Virus record (IMG/VR): IMGVR_UViG_3300031949_000021
Direction: 5' to 3' (one strand)
Source of the DNA: an uncultured virus (IMG/VR IMGVR_UViG_3300031949_000021)
Lineage: Duplodnaviria; Heunggongvirae; Uroviricota; Caudoviricetes
DNA: 64,000 bases
The translations under genes and the position numbers were made by a program. The notes under the pieces were generated by a model. It ran no database searches and had not been told where the DNA came from. It saw nothing but the letters and a program-made list of their open reading frames with translations. This document shows, piece after piece, positions 54,960-64,000 of the stretch. The number at the start of each line of letters is the position of its first letter. Position 1 is the first letter of the stretch.

Positions 54960-55640
54960 GTGAATGTTTTAACACCAACAGCAGATTATCAAATTTTATA
55001 TCGAGATATCAACTATCAAGAGGGTCTTTCATTAAATGCCTATCTTTATTCTCCTCCAACTTTTACTAAAAGTGGGCCTCTTCCTTTAACTGAAATAGCC
55101 GATGGCTATTATTATTTAGAGGTAGACCTATCAACTGAAGGAACATATATTGTTAAAATAGAAAATGCTTCTGAAGTTTATAGGATTGTTAATATGGCAA
55201 AAGAAACTTCAATTCAAAATATAGAAGATTTAATGAAAGCTACAGTAGTTTTTAATAAGACTACTAACAAGCTAAGTTTTTATAAAGATGCTGCAAGAAC
55301 TCAATTAATTGTGGAATTTGTTGTTTCAGATACAGTTTCAGAAACTTCAAAGACTAAGTTATAAAACCTATTTTTGGGACAGTGATTTAAAATGGTAGAA
55401 CCAATCAAAAGAAGCGACGATATTTTAGATGATATAAAAAGAAGTGATACTCTAGGTGATGCTGGTTTTACTGTAACTGATGCTTTACCTTTAGTAACAG
55501 ATGGGTTTGTGACTAAGGATGGTTGGAGAGCAAAAACATATCTAACACATGGTCTATGGCCTTTTCTTAAGACAATACTGGATTACTTATTAAAAAGATA
55601 TGATGAAATAATAGACATTATAAAAAGACATACACCATAA
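54960..55640 (+). other. Hypothetical late ORFs (54960-55364, 55392-55640)
   Basis: ORFs in frame with the late operon orientation. Confidence 0.6.
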
Positions 55641-55706
55641 GTATTCTGCAAAACTATTATTGGGTATAATGAAGAAGTTTATGCTGATTAAAATAAGGAG
55701 AAACTA

Positions 55707-56423
55707 ATGGCAGAATTTTATCTTAAAAATTTAGCCCCCTATCTTGCAAGATCTGTAAAGGACTTGGGAAAAATGGTCCGTGATGATAATTGTGGGGTGG
55801 GTAATGGCAGCAAAACCACTTTTAGAACAAACCACTTTCCAGTTAAAATTAATTCCTTAACTGCTTATGTTGATGGAGTTGAAGTAGATGTTGATGAATA
55901 TGATTACACATATGGCACATTTACTTTAGTTAGCACGCCAACAGCAGGACAATTAGTTACAGCAAATTATGTGTATTATAGTTGGCCTGATGGTCTATTA
56001 CAGGATTATATAGCAGATGCAGTTATTCGTGTAGAAGCAATAGTATATAACCAGGGATATGTAGTACAACGAGACCCAACTACAGATGATGCCTATTTGG
56101 AATCAGAACCAGATCAAGCAACAAAAATGTTATATGTAATACAAGCTACAATAGATTTTGCTAACTCCGATATTGGTGGAGATAGTTTAATCAGCACTAG
56201 AAATTTTAAAGACGATGAAGTAGAACAATCTTATACAAGAAGTGCTCAATTAACAAGAGACTACTTGAATAATTTATATAAAGAAAGAGATCGACTAGCC
56301 GAAGCCCTTATTTCTGATGATTCAGATTATGGATATTATATAGAGAGCACGCTCAATACTAACGAAGCCAGGATGAGATATCTGGATTCTATAGCTGTTG
56401 GGGCGTATGAAGAAATTGGATAA
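55707..56423 (+). CDS. Putative head-tail adaptor with an inserted Ig-like domain
   Basis: Helical connector-like protein with a GNGSKTTF..P.....AYVDG....PTAGQLVTANY insert; position. Confidence 0.55.
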   Translation: MAEFYLKNLAPYLARSVKDLGKMVRDDNCGVGNGSKTTFRTNHFPVKINSLTAYVDGVEVDVDEYDYTYGTFTLVSTPTAGQLVTANYVYYSWPDGLLQDYIADAVIRVEAIVYNQGYVVQRDPTTDDAYLESEPDQATKMLYVIQATIDFANSDIGGDSLISTRNFKDDEVEQSYTRSAQLTRDYLNNLYKERDRLAEALISDDSDYGYYIESTLNTNEARMRYLDSIAVGAYEEIG

Positions 56424-56434
56424 GAGGAGATAAA

Positions 56435-56890
56435 TTGGCTAATTGGTACTCTTCTGACGAAATAAAAGAGCAAATAAATGAAATTAGAGACTTAACAGGA
56501 GACTCTAATAGAGTATATTTAATTACAATTACAGAAGCAGATTGCCCATCTTGTGAGTATAATGAAGTTACTCACGAATCTAAAGATAGTAGTTGTGTAA
56601 CCTGCGGAGGTAGTGGTAAATTACCAACGGAATCATCTGTATCCTTATTAGCTAAAATAAGATGGGTAAATGAAATAGAGGCCAATTTAATGAAAATAGG
56701 TTATTTACCAAGAGGAGGAGTAACTATCACTATAGATAATACTTATGAATCAAATATAGATAATCTTACTCCAATAGATAGAGTAGAGGTAGATGGAATA
56801 GAGATAAGAATAAAAGGAAAAAAACCGAAAGGGTATAAGAAAGTAAACCGAACAGTATTTTATGCTGAGCCAATATCATTAAGCACATAA
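56435..56890 (+). CDS. Putative head closure protein
   Basis: CPSC..CVTCGGSG and DRVEVDG; synteny. Confidence 0.55.
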   Translation: MANWYSSDEIKEQINEIRDLTGDSNRVYLITITEADCPSCEYNEVTHESKDSSCVTCGGSGKLPTESSVSLLAKIRWVNEIEANLMKIGYLPRGGVTITIDNTYESNIDNLTPIDRVEVDGIEIRIKGKKPKGYKKVNRTVFYAEPISLST

Positions 56891-57258
56891 GAAAGGGATG
56901 AGGATAATGGAAGAAATAAGGGAACTAGAGGTCTTAAAGAACAGATTAATTCGTGAATACTTAAAAGAGATCGTGGGAGATAAGGATGATAAGCAGTTTA
57001 TTCCTTTAATAGAAGATGAAGAAGTAGCTAGAAAAGTAAGAAAACTTTTTCTAGATACTATAAATACTTTGTATAAAAATGCACTAATTTATATTGCAGC
57101 GCAAAAAGGAGTTATTATTCAAAGTTTAGAGACATTAGCAAAACAAGATTTACCAGAAGATTTTAGTTTAGAGGGTTTAATAGAAAGAACAGAAAAGAAA
57201 GTAGCGGAGAGAAAAGTACAAGCTAGACGAGCAGATGGAAAAAATGAGGACTAAATAA

Positions 57259-57834
57259 ATGTTAACAGCAAGTTGTAATTACTCAGCCGTATTAGCTGGG
57301 GCCAAAAAGCTACAAATGAAGGTTAAATTAGGAACTAAAGCAGCTTTTACTAATTTAGTTATTAGTGGAACAGATGAGACTATAAATAACCTATTAAAGT
57401 CATATAAGACTACTCCAGGAAGATCTGATTTTGCTAGAACAGGTATTTTGGAAAGGGCTATATTTACAGCAATAAATACAGGAACAGCTATTCCTGGTGG
57501 TTGGTTAGCTGGAATAGGGGATATGAAACAATTATATTCTATGGCCCCTTATTGGAATATGGTAGAAGAGGGGTCAAGCGAATATGTTGGGGAAGAGAGA
57601 GAAGGCTTTTGGGCAGATTCTAGTGGATCACCATATTCTATTCATGGTGCTTTTGGAAGATCTGGAGCACCAGACTCTTCTTATTATCCACAGCATAAAT
57701 GGGTAGATGCTCCTGGTTTTATTATGGAGATTACAAAACCAATTCAAGAGCACAAATTTTATGCAAATACAGCAGATGGTATGAGGAAAATATTTTTATC
57801 TTATGTTTCAGGATTTGTTAAAGGAGCAATTTAA
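57259..57834 (+). CDS. Putative tail completion (HK97 gp10-like) protein
   Basis: RTGILERAI, APYW.MVEEG; synteny. Confidence 0.55.
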   Translation: MLTASCNYSAVLAGAKKLQMKVKLGTKAAFTNLVISGTDETINNLLKSYKTTPGRSDFARTGILERAIFTAINTGTAIPGGWLAGIGDMKQLYSMAPYWNMVEEGSSEYVGEEREGFWADSSGSPYSIHGAFGRSGAPDSSYYPQHKWVDAPGFIMEITKPIQEHKFYANTADGMRKIFLSYVSGFVKGAI

Positions 57835-58307
57835 TGGGTGCAAACAAGCAAGGAAATACAACACTAACAATTTTAAATCTACACTATTATCTTACTGAAG
57901 AACTAATAGATCAGGGGTATGGTTTTGTAAATATATTTGAGGCTTATCCAGATACAACAGATAATGACTTTGTATCTCAATTACCTGCTGTATCTATAGG
58001 GAGTTTTGGTAATGCTGAAGGAAATGTATTTGAATTAGGAAATCCACAAGAAGAATATGATAGACCTATTATGGTTGATATATTTACAAAACCAAGAAAA
58101 GATATGCAGTGTAATGATTTAAAAGATATAATTAAAAATTTATTTAAGAAAGATAGGCTATTTGATTTTTTAGATTTTAATGCTGCTACACCATATCCAA
58201 CAGTAAGTAAATTAGCAATAAGGGATACAAGGGATACTGTTTTAGCAACAGCCCCAGAAATTTATTGTCAGGCAATCGTGGCGTTTAAAGCAGAATTGGT
58301 GGAATGA
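57834..58307 (+). CDS. Putative tail terminator
   Basis: YP......LPAVSI, ELG, VDIF; precedes the tail tube gene. Confidence 0.55.
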   Translation: MGANKQGNTTLTILNLHYYLTEELIDQGYGFVNIFEAYPDTTDNDFVSQLPAVSIGSFGNAEGNVFELGNPQEEYDRPIMVDIFTKPRKDMQCNDLKDIIKNLFKKDRLFDFLDFNAATPYPTVSKLAIRDTRDTVLATAPEIYCQAIVAFKAELVE

Positions 58308-58341
58308 ATATAATTCCTCAAAAGAGGATTATATAAAAACA

Positions 58342-59121
58342 ATGAAAAGGAGTGAAAACTTAGTGCGGAATGATTTAACTAAGGAAGTTATTTGTAAAAA
58401 ATATGTGGAAGAAAAGAAGTCTATTAATAAGATTAGTGAAGAACTAAGGTCATCTCATACCACAATAGCTAATAGGTTAAAGACTTATGGGCTAGAAATA
58501 AGAGATTATCATAGATTTAACGAATTTGATAAAGAATTTTTTGCACAAAATTATGTAAAAAATGAAAAATCTTCAAAAGAAATTGCAAAAGAGGTTGGAG
58601 TATCTCAAGGAGCTATTTTAAATCGGCTTAGAAAACATAATATAGATATTAGAAAAAGAGAATCTAAGGATATCAAATTAACCGAAACACAAAAAGCATA
58701 TATAGCTGGTGTAATAGATGGAGAAGGTTGTATTTGTTTATATAAAAGTAATTCTAGGCATATATTATGTGTATCCTTTACATCAACAGATAAAAGATTG
58801 ATAGCCTATTTATCTAAATTGCTAGATTGGAATTTTGCTTATACAAAGCCTAAAAATAGGATATGGAAAACTTCTTATAGATTACAGGCAATGGATTCAA
58901 GATCAGAAAGAGCTTTAAAAGATATACTACCTTATTTAATTATTAAAAGAGAACAGGCAGAATTAGCTTTAAGATTTAGGGAGACTTATAAGATTAAATA
59001 TCCTAAAAGAAAAGGGATACCTAAAAATATTTGGGATTTAAGAGAATCCCAAGAAAAACAGATGCATATTCTTAATAAAAAAGGTGCATCAAATAAACCT
59101 ATTGAAAAGGAGGTTATTTAG
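58342..59121 (+). CDS. LAGLIDADG endonuclease with two N-terminal HTH repeats
   Basis: AYIAGVIDGEGCI, ILPYLIIKREQA; two YV.EKKS..I.....G.S...I.NRL repeats. Confidence 0.88.
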   Translation: MKRSENLVRNDLTKEVICKKYVEEKKSINKISEELRSSHTTIANRLKTYGLEIRDYHRFNEFDKEFFAQNYVKNEKSSKEIAKEVGVSQGAILNRLRKHNIDIRKRESKDIKLTETQKAYIAGVIDGEGCICLYKSNSRHILCVSFTSTDKRLIAYLSKLLDWNFAYTKPKNRIWKTSYRLQAMDSRSERALKDILPYLIIKREQAELALRFRETYKIKYPKRKGIPKNIWDLRESQEKQMHILNKKGASNKPIEKEVI

Positions 59122-59123
59122 TT

Positions 59124-60374
59124 ATGAGTGATTACTCGGACATCCTCGCTCTTCAGAGCGAAAAAATCTTAGTATTAAGTCAAGGTATTGTATGTGATAG
59201 GATGCAGTCATTAGGCTGTAATGGAGATATACCTTTTGAGGAAATTAAGGAATTAGGAAACCCTGCTATAGTAGCAGTGGTTAAGGATATACCAAATGTT
59301 ACCATTGATACAGAAGCTTTTGATGTGAATTGTGAGTTAATTTCTTTACTACAAGGAGAAGACCCTCATGCAGCTACACCAGTTACTCAGTTTGATATTT
59401 TAGCAAGCAATTTTAGAAAAGTCAACTTCTTATTTCCAGTAAAAGAAGAAACTTCAACTACAGTGTTGAAGACTTGTGGTGTTGGTGCAGCTCAGGTAAC
59501 AAGTATTAACTATAAGTATGCAGTAGATGGTAATGCAACAGAGAGTATGAGCTTTTCTGCTGATAATAAGTTTTGGGCAGATAACTCAGCAGCTTATGAA
59601 GGTTTTATTCAAAGTGCTACTCCAGTAGATACTTTTGATTTAGACGAAGCTACTTATGGGGGTACTATTGAGTGGGCTACTAATAAGCGAACTTTTAGTG
59701 TTAGTGTAAGTGGTGTAAGAAAGAAAGAGGGTACTGAAGTACAAGTATTAGCTGGAACAGCAGATTTTTGGATTAGTCCTGGAACTGGTGCTGGAGGTGC
59801 TGACCAACTAATATTTGGTGCTAATCCTGCCGTAAGTGCATATATTGATATTATTTATCCTTGTGTAACTACTTTAGTATTTGGGTCAGGAGCACATGAA
59901 GGTGGATCAGTATATCCAGGAGCGATTCGTGGAAAGAATATCAGGTTGGAAATTAGTGCTGCACAAATGTATAGAGTACAGGGAGTAAATGTCAGTATTG
60001 AATTTCCAAATGAGCAAATTAAAGAACTTGGGAATACAATGTCTCCAGGAACAATTATTGATATTCCTAATGTAACAGGAGATATATCTGTACTAGATAG
60101 AGAAGGAGATTTCTTCGCAAAATTGTGTAATGTAGCTGATTTAGCAACAGCGAAAGGATTAAGTATTGAGGATTTTTCAGATACTATTCCACTAGAAATT
60201 AAGGTAATGGACCCAGATGATGACGTAACAGTTTTGAAGACAATCTATTTACCAAAGATTAGTATTACATCTGAAGGACATTCTTCTAAAGTAGGGGATA
60301 AGCTAACACAAACGTTTAATTTCAAATTGACTGCGGGAGAAGTTGCACAAATATTCCGTGGAGAAAGACCATAA
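59124..60374 (+). CDS. Major tail tube protein with an inserted domain
   Basis: Repeated R.Q....E.IKELGN.......DIPNVT motif; position before chaperone and tape measure. Confidence 0.75.
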   Translation: MSDYSDILALQSEKILVLSQGIVCDRMQSLGCNGDIPFEEIKELGNPAIVAVVKDIPNVTIDTEAFDVNCELISLLQGEDPHAATPVTQFDILASNFRKVNFLFPVKEETSTTVLKTCGVGAAQVTSINYKYAVDGNATESMSFSADNKFWADNSAAYEGFIQSATPVDTFDLDEATYGGTIEWATNKRTFSVSVSGVRKKEGTEVQVLAGTADFWISPGTGAGGADQLIFGANPAVSAYIDIIYPCVTTLVFGSGAHEGGSVYPGAIRGKNIRLEISAAQMYRVQGVNVSIEFPNEQIKELGNTMSPGTIIDIPNVTGDISVLDREGDFFAKLCNVADLATAKGLSIEDFSDTIPLEIKVMDPDDDVTVLKTIYLPKISITSEGHSSKVGDKLTQTFNFKLTAGEVAQIFRGERP

Positions 60375-60455
60375 AGTTTAACTTTAGGTTTATAGTTTTG
60401 TTTCTTAGCATTTGGGTATCTGAATTAAAGGAGGATTTTTACGGGAGATGAAAAA

Positions 60456-61075
60456 GTGAGATTATGTAAGTGTGGCTGTAAAAAGTCTACCACTAGGGAA
60501 GAAAACAATTTTATTCAAGGACATAACCTAAAGAATAGGATTGTTGCAGTGGAAACCAAAAGAAAAATATCTGAGGCACTAAAAGGTATAAATAACCCTA
60601 ATTATGGCAAGCATTTTTCCGAAGTAACTAGAAAAAAGATGTCTAAAGCACGTAAAGGAAAAAAGAATTCTTTTTACGGCAAGCAGCATTCGGCAAAGAC
60701 AAGGGAAAAGATGCATAAAGAGCACAAAAAAGGACAGATTGCCTGGAATAAGAATTTAACAAAAGAAACAGATGATCGTGTGGCGGGGATAGCCAAAAAA
60801 TATCAAAGGCAGCAAGAGGAGAAAATAATTCTTCTTGGAAAGGTGGCATATCATTTGAACCATATTCTTTGGAATTTAATAATGAGTTGAAGGAAAAAAT
60901 TCGAAAAAGAGATAAGTATACATGCCAAAAATGTGGTATTAAAGAACCGTTAAATAATTATTTTAAAGTTTTAGATATTCACCATAAGGATCACAATAAG
61001 AAAAATAACAGCACTCAAAATTTAATCTCACTGTGTAGAAGTTGCAATGTAAAAGAGAATAAGAAGATAGTATAG
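60456..61075 (+). pseudogene. NUMOD3-HNH endonuclease split by a frameshift near 60795-60800
   Basis: NUMOD3 repeats (NPNYGKHFSE.TRKKMS); the -1 frame continues GENNSSWKGGISFEPY..RDKYTCQKC..HHKDHNKKNN..NLISLC. Confidence 0.75.
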
Positions 61076-61084
61076 TATTTAGAG

Positions 61085-61143
61085 CTTGGGAATAGATTTA
61101 GGGGGTATGGTCGATATAGTCGGCCCCCCTCTTAATCCCCAAG
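61085..61143 (+). other. GC-rich nested hairpin
   Basis: CTTGGG..GGGGG..GGTCGA/TCGGCC..CCCCC..CCCAAG. Confidence 0.55.
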
Positions 61144-61219
61144 TAAACCAGGAGAGGCAAAAACCTGGGATTAAGACTAGGAAAATATAAATGTTTTTAA
61201 GATTAAAGGAGAGAGGAAA

Positions 61220-62178
61220 ATGAGTAAAATTAGTATTAAAGACCTGTACAAGATTGAAAAGGTAGTTACTGTTAAGGATGAAAAAACAGGAAATGAAGCA
61301 GATGTATGTTTAAGAATTATATCAGATAGTGGAAGAGAAGATGCAATTAGATATGCAAACAAAGAAAAAGCAGAATTAGCTAAAAAGCTAGAGGATAAAG
61401 ATAGCCCAGAGTATTTTGCTTTAAAAGAGCAGATAAAAAATTCTCCTGTAGACACATTAGAACTAAAGATTAAAATTATAAAAGAGTCTTTAGTTGGTGA
61501 TGAGGCATATTTAGCTTTGAGAGCAGATGATAAGTATAAAGAGTTGGATGATGGAGAATTATCAGATAGTGAAGATTTTCAAGATGCCTATCTTAAAGAA
61601 AGAAGTAAAATAGCTGATGAGTATCTTGAAAAGCTAGATAAAAATGAAAATAATCTTAGAAAAGAATTAATGGATTTGCAGCTTAAATCCATGCTTAATT
61701 CTTTTTTTATGCACAGTTTTAATGAAAAGATTTTAGTACATGCTATAAGAGATCCAGAAGATTCTTCTAAAAGACTTTTTGATTCTGTAGAGAAGATGAA
61801 AGATAACTTTTTTGGGGATAGTTATGTACAACTAATTGAAAAATATTATGGTCTTTCTGGAAATAAAACGGAGAATGATATAAAAAACTAGCACAAAGCG
61901 ATACCTTTCTTAATTTAGTTGGTATCGCAAAGGATTTTAATAACCTAGATTCTCTACTTCCAGAAGGAATAAAGAAATTGTATGACGTTCCGTGGACTAT
62001 TATTTTAGCTATAGAACAGGCTAAGAAAGTACTTAGTTGGTATGAAAATTTATCAGAAGAAAAAAGACCACCGAAAGAAATATGGAAAAATGATAGAAAA
62101 CTTAAAAAATGGTTTGATGATGTATTCGGAGATAAAGGAAATAAGCACTACGATAGTTATATCAAAGTTGATAAGTAA
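61220..62178 (+). CDS. Tail assembly chaperone with programmed -1 frameshift (G/GT pair)
   Basis: ORF 61220-61891 ends A-AAA-AAC-TAG; the -1 frame is open to 62178. Confidence 0.8.
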
Positions 62179-62203
62179 ATTGTTTGAGAGTGTGGTGATT
62201 AAA

Positions 62204-62965
62204 ATGTTTGGAAGAGAATATGTTAGTATTTATTGGCATACTTGTAAATATTGTGGTAAAGATTTTTATGAAAAGTCTAGTAGTAGAAAAAGAATTTTTT
62301 GTAGTAAGAGTTGTTGGAATAAATATTATCGAGGAGAGCGTAGTTTAGATGTAAACTTTTTTAAACAATGGACAGAAGAAATGGCCTATATTCTAGGATA
62401 TATAGCCGCAGATGGGTGCATTAGTAGATCTAATGGTTATCCTTATCTAATGTTTGCTAGTATTGATAAGGACATAATATTGAAAGTAAGGAAAGTATTA
62501 AAGTCTACCCATAAAATACGGGAGTTGTTTCCTAACGGATTTAAAGGAAAAAAACAGTATCACCTGTCTATTGGAGCAAAAGATATTTGGGAAGACTTAG
62601 AAAGTTTAGGGATAACTGAAAGGAAGTCTTTAACTTTAAAATTCCCTAGTGCGCCAAAAGAATACCAAAGACATTTTATTAGGGGATATTTTGATGGAGA
62701 TGGGTATATAACAAAGTGTGAAGACAGAGATACGATTGGATTTTTGGGTACTTATGACTTTATATCTACTGTAGAGAATATTTTTAGAAATAGGCTTAAT
62801 ATAAGAGAAAAAAAGATTCAGGAAATAGAATCTGGCAAGTTGCATAGAATCAATTATTACACTAGGGAAGCTTTTTCTATTTTAGAGTGGATGTATAAGG
62901 ATTCAAATATTTATTTAGACAGAAAATATAACAAATATAAAGAGATGATAGCTTATGCCAGATAG
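62204..62965 (+). CDS. LAGLIDADG homing endonuclease with N-terminal zinc finger
   Basis: CKYC..CSKSC, AYILGYIAADG, HFIRGYFDGDG, YLDRKY. Confidence 0.9.
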   Translation: MFGREYVSIYWHTCKYCGKDFYEKSSSRKRIFCSKSCWNKYYRGERSLDVNFFKQWTEEMAYILGYIAADGCISRSNGYPYLMFASIDKDIILKVRKVLKSTHKIRELFPNGFKGKKQYHLSIGAKDIWEDLESLGITERKSLTLKFPSAPKEYQRHFIRGYFDGDGYITKCEDRDTIGFLGTYDFISTVENIFRNRLNIREKKIQEIESGKLHRINYYTREAFSILEWMYKDSNIYLDRKYNKYKEMIAYAR

Positions 62966-64000
62966 TGCGCATTCTTTTGTAATTTCCTTCATTGCTAATA
63001 TGGCACAATTAGATGCTGCGATTGGTGTCCAATTGCCTGCTAAAATGGCACAGGCGGTAAAAAATACAAACACTATTTTAACAACAGGAATGTCACAAAA
63101 TGTAAAAGATGTAGCTACTGTAAAAAAGGGTATGGACAATCTAACAAAAGCACCCGCACCAAAACCAACCCCACAGCCGTTTGCACCAATTCCTCCAGGT
63201 CAAATAAAAACAATTAAACAGCATAAGGCTGAACAAGATGCATTGGCTGCTTCAACAGGTAAAGTAACTAAAGCACAAGAACAATCTTTAGCTATAAATC
63301 AAAAAGCAGCGAAACAATTAGGAGTACATCCAGATGCACTTACCAAGAGTAGAGAAGCCGCTAAAGTACAAAGTAGAGTAAATCAACATTTAAGAGATAC
63401 GGGTCAGGCAGGAACAAAAGCTAAAAAGGGTTTTACTGATGCTTTTACTGGTGCTGATTCTTTATCTTCTGTTATTGGTAAGGTAGCTTTATGGACAATA
63501 GCAACTGGAGCAGTATTTGGTATGGTTAGGGCTGTTTCTGAATTAACCCAAAGAAACATAGAATTAGAGAAACATTTTGCAGATTTAAAGCGTGTAATTG
63601 ATGCAACAAATATGGACAGAATAACAACTCAAGTATTTGGTATGGCCCATGCTTTTGGTGTTGCAACTACAGATGTCATAGACGCTACATTTGAATGGGG
63701 AAAAACTACAAGAAGTATGACAGATATAGTTTATGGGCAGCAAGCATCTATACTAGCAGTAAAAGTTGGGGAAATGGAACTAGCCGATTCTACTAAGTAT
63801 TTGACTGCTCTTTATCATTCTATGGGATTACGTGGACAAGAACTTATAGATGTAGTAGATCAATTAAATGCTTTGCAGAATAAATATGGCGCAAATATTT
63901 CTGGTACAATGGAAGTATTAGCTAGGTCTGGTGGTATTATTAAGACCTATGGAGGAGATTTAAGACAAACTATGGCCCTATCTGCTGCTGCTTTGAAAAT
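62955..64000 (+). CDS. Tape measure protein (5' part)
   Basis: Open frame from ATG 62955 (MPDSAHSFVISF...) to the window end; Ala-rich helical; follows the chaperone. Confidence 0.8.
   Translation, partial: MPDSAHSFVISFIANMAQLDAAIGVQLPAKMAQAVKNTNTILTTGMSQNVKDVATVKKGMDNLTKAPAPKPTPQPFAPIPPGQIKTIKQHKAEQDALAASTGKVTKAQEQSLAINQKAAKQLGVHPDALTKSREAAKVQSRVNQHLRDTGQAGTKAKKGFTDAFTGADSLSSVIGKVALWTIATGAVFGMVRAVSELTQRNIELEKHFADLKRVIDATNMDRITTQVFGMAHAFGVATTDVIDATFEWGKTTRSMTDIVYGQQASILAVKVGEMELADSTKYLTALYHSMGLRGQELIDVVDQLNALQNKYGANISGTMEVLARSGGIIKTYGGDLRQTMALSAAALK

Noticed and set aside
48065..55640. Diversity-generating retroelement
   Set aside because: No reverse transcriptase and no adenine-specific TR/VR pair; the paralogs differ at all base types.
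1628..63139. Many short antisense ORFs in the supplied track (e.g. 1696-2034, 24544-24861, 40039-40230, 52431-52979)
   Set aside because: They are shadows of better-supported genes or RNAs on the opposite strand and lack recognisable motifs.
1..64000. Stop-codon reassignment or suppressor tRNA
   Set aside because: Long genes are intact in the standard code, TAA/TAG/TGA all terminate genes, and the tRNA at 18113 reads best as TTC.

Overview
Part of an AT-rich tailed-phage (siphovirus-like) genome; host not identifiable with certainty. 1-13.7 kb (minus strand): partial SNF2/HARP helicase, DnaN sliding clamp, radical SAM and HExxH proteins among many small hypothetical ORFs. A set of nine sigma-28 (FliA/SigD/WhiG)-type promoters (TAAA-N15/16-GCCGATAA) lies at 6.6-14 kb, eight leftward and one rightward. 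14-19.3 kb (plus strand): small ORFs and four tRNAs. 19.4-33.2 kb (minus strand): replication module with intein-containing RecA, AEP primase/DUF3987-like fusion, putative SSB, PD-(D/E)XK nuclease, HNH, family A DNA polymerase with an HNH intein, and dUTPase. 34-64 kb (plus strand): morphogenesis operon (terminases, TerL with two inteins, portal, protease/scaffold, capsid, accessory virion proteins, head-tail genes, tail tube, frameshifting chaperone, start of tape measure). This operon carries two apparently intact IscB genes with upstream omegaRNAs, a 45-bp IscB scar and four free-standing homing endonucleases. All assignments come from manual motif reading; no database searches were run.
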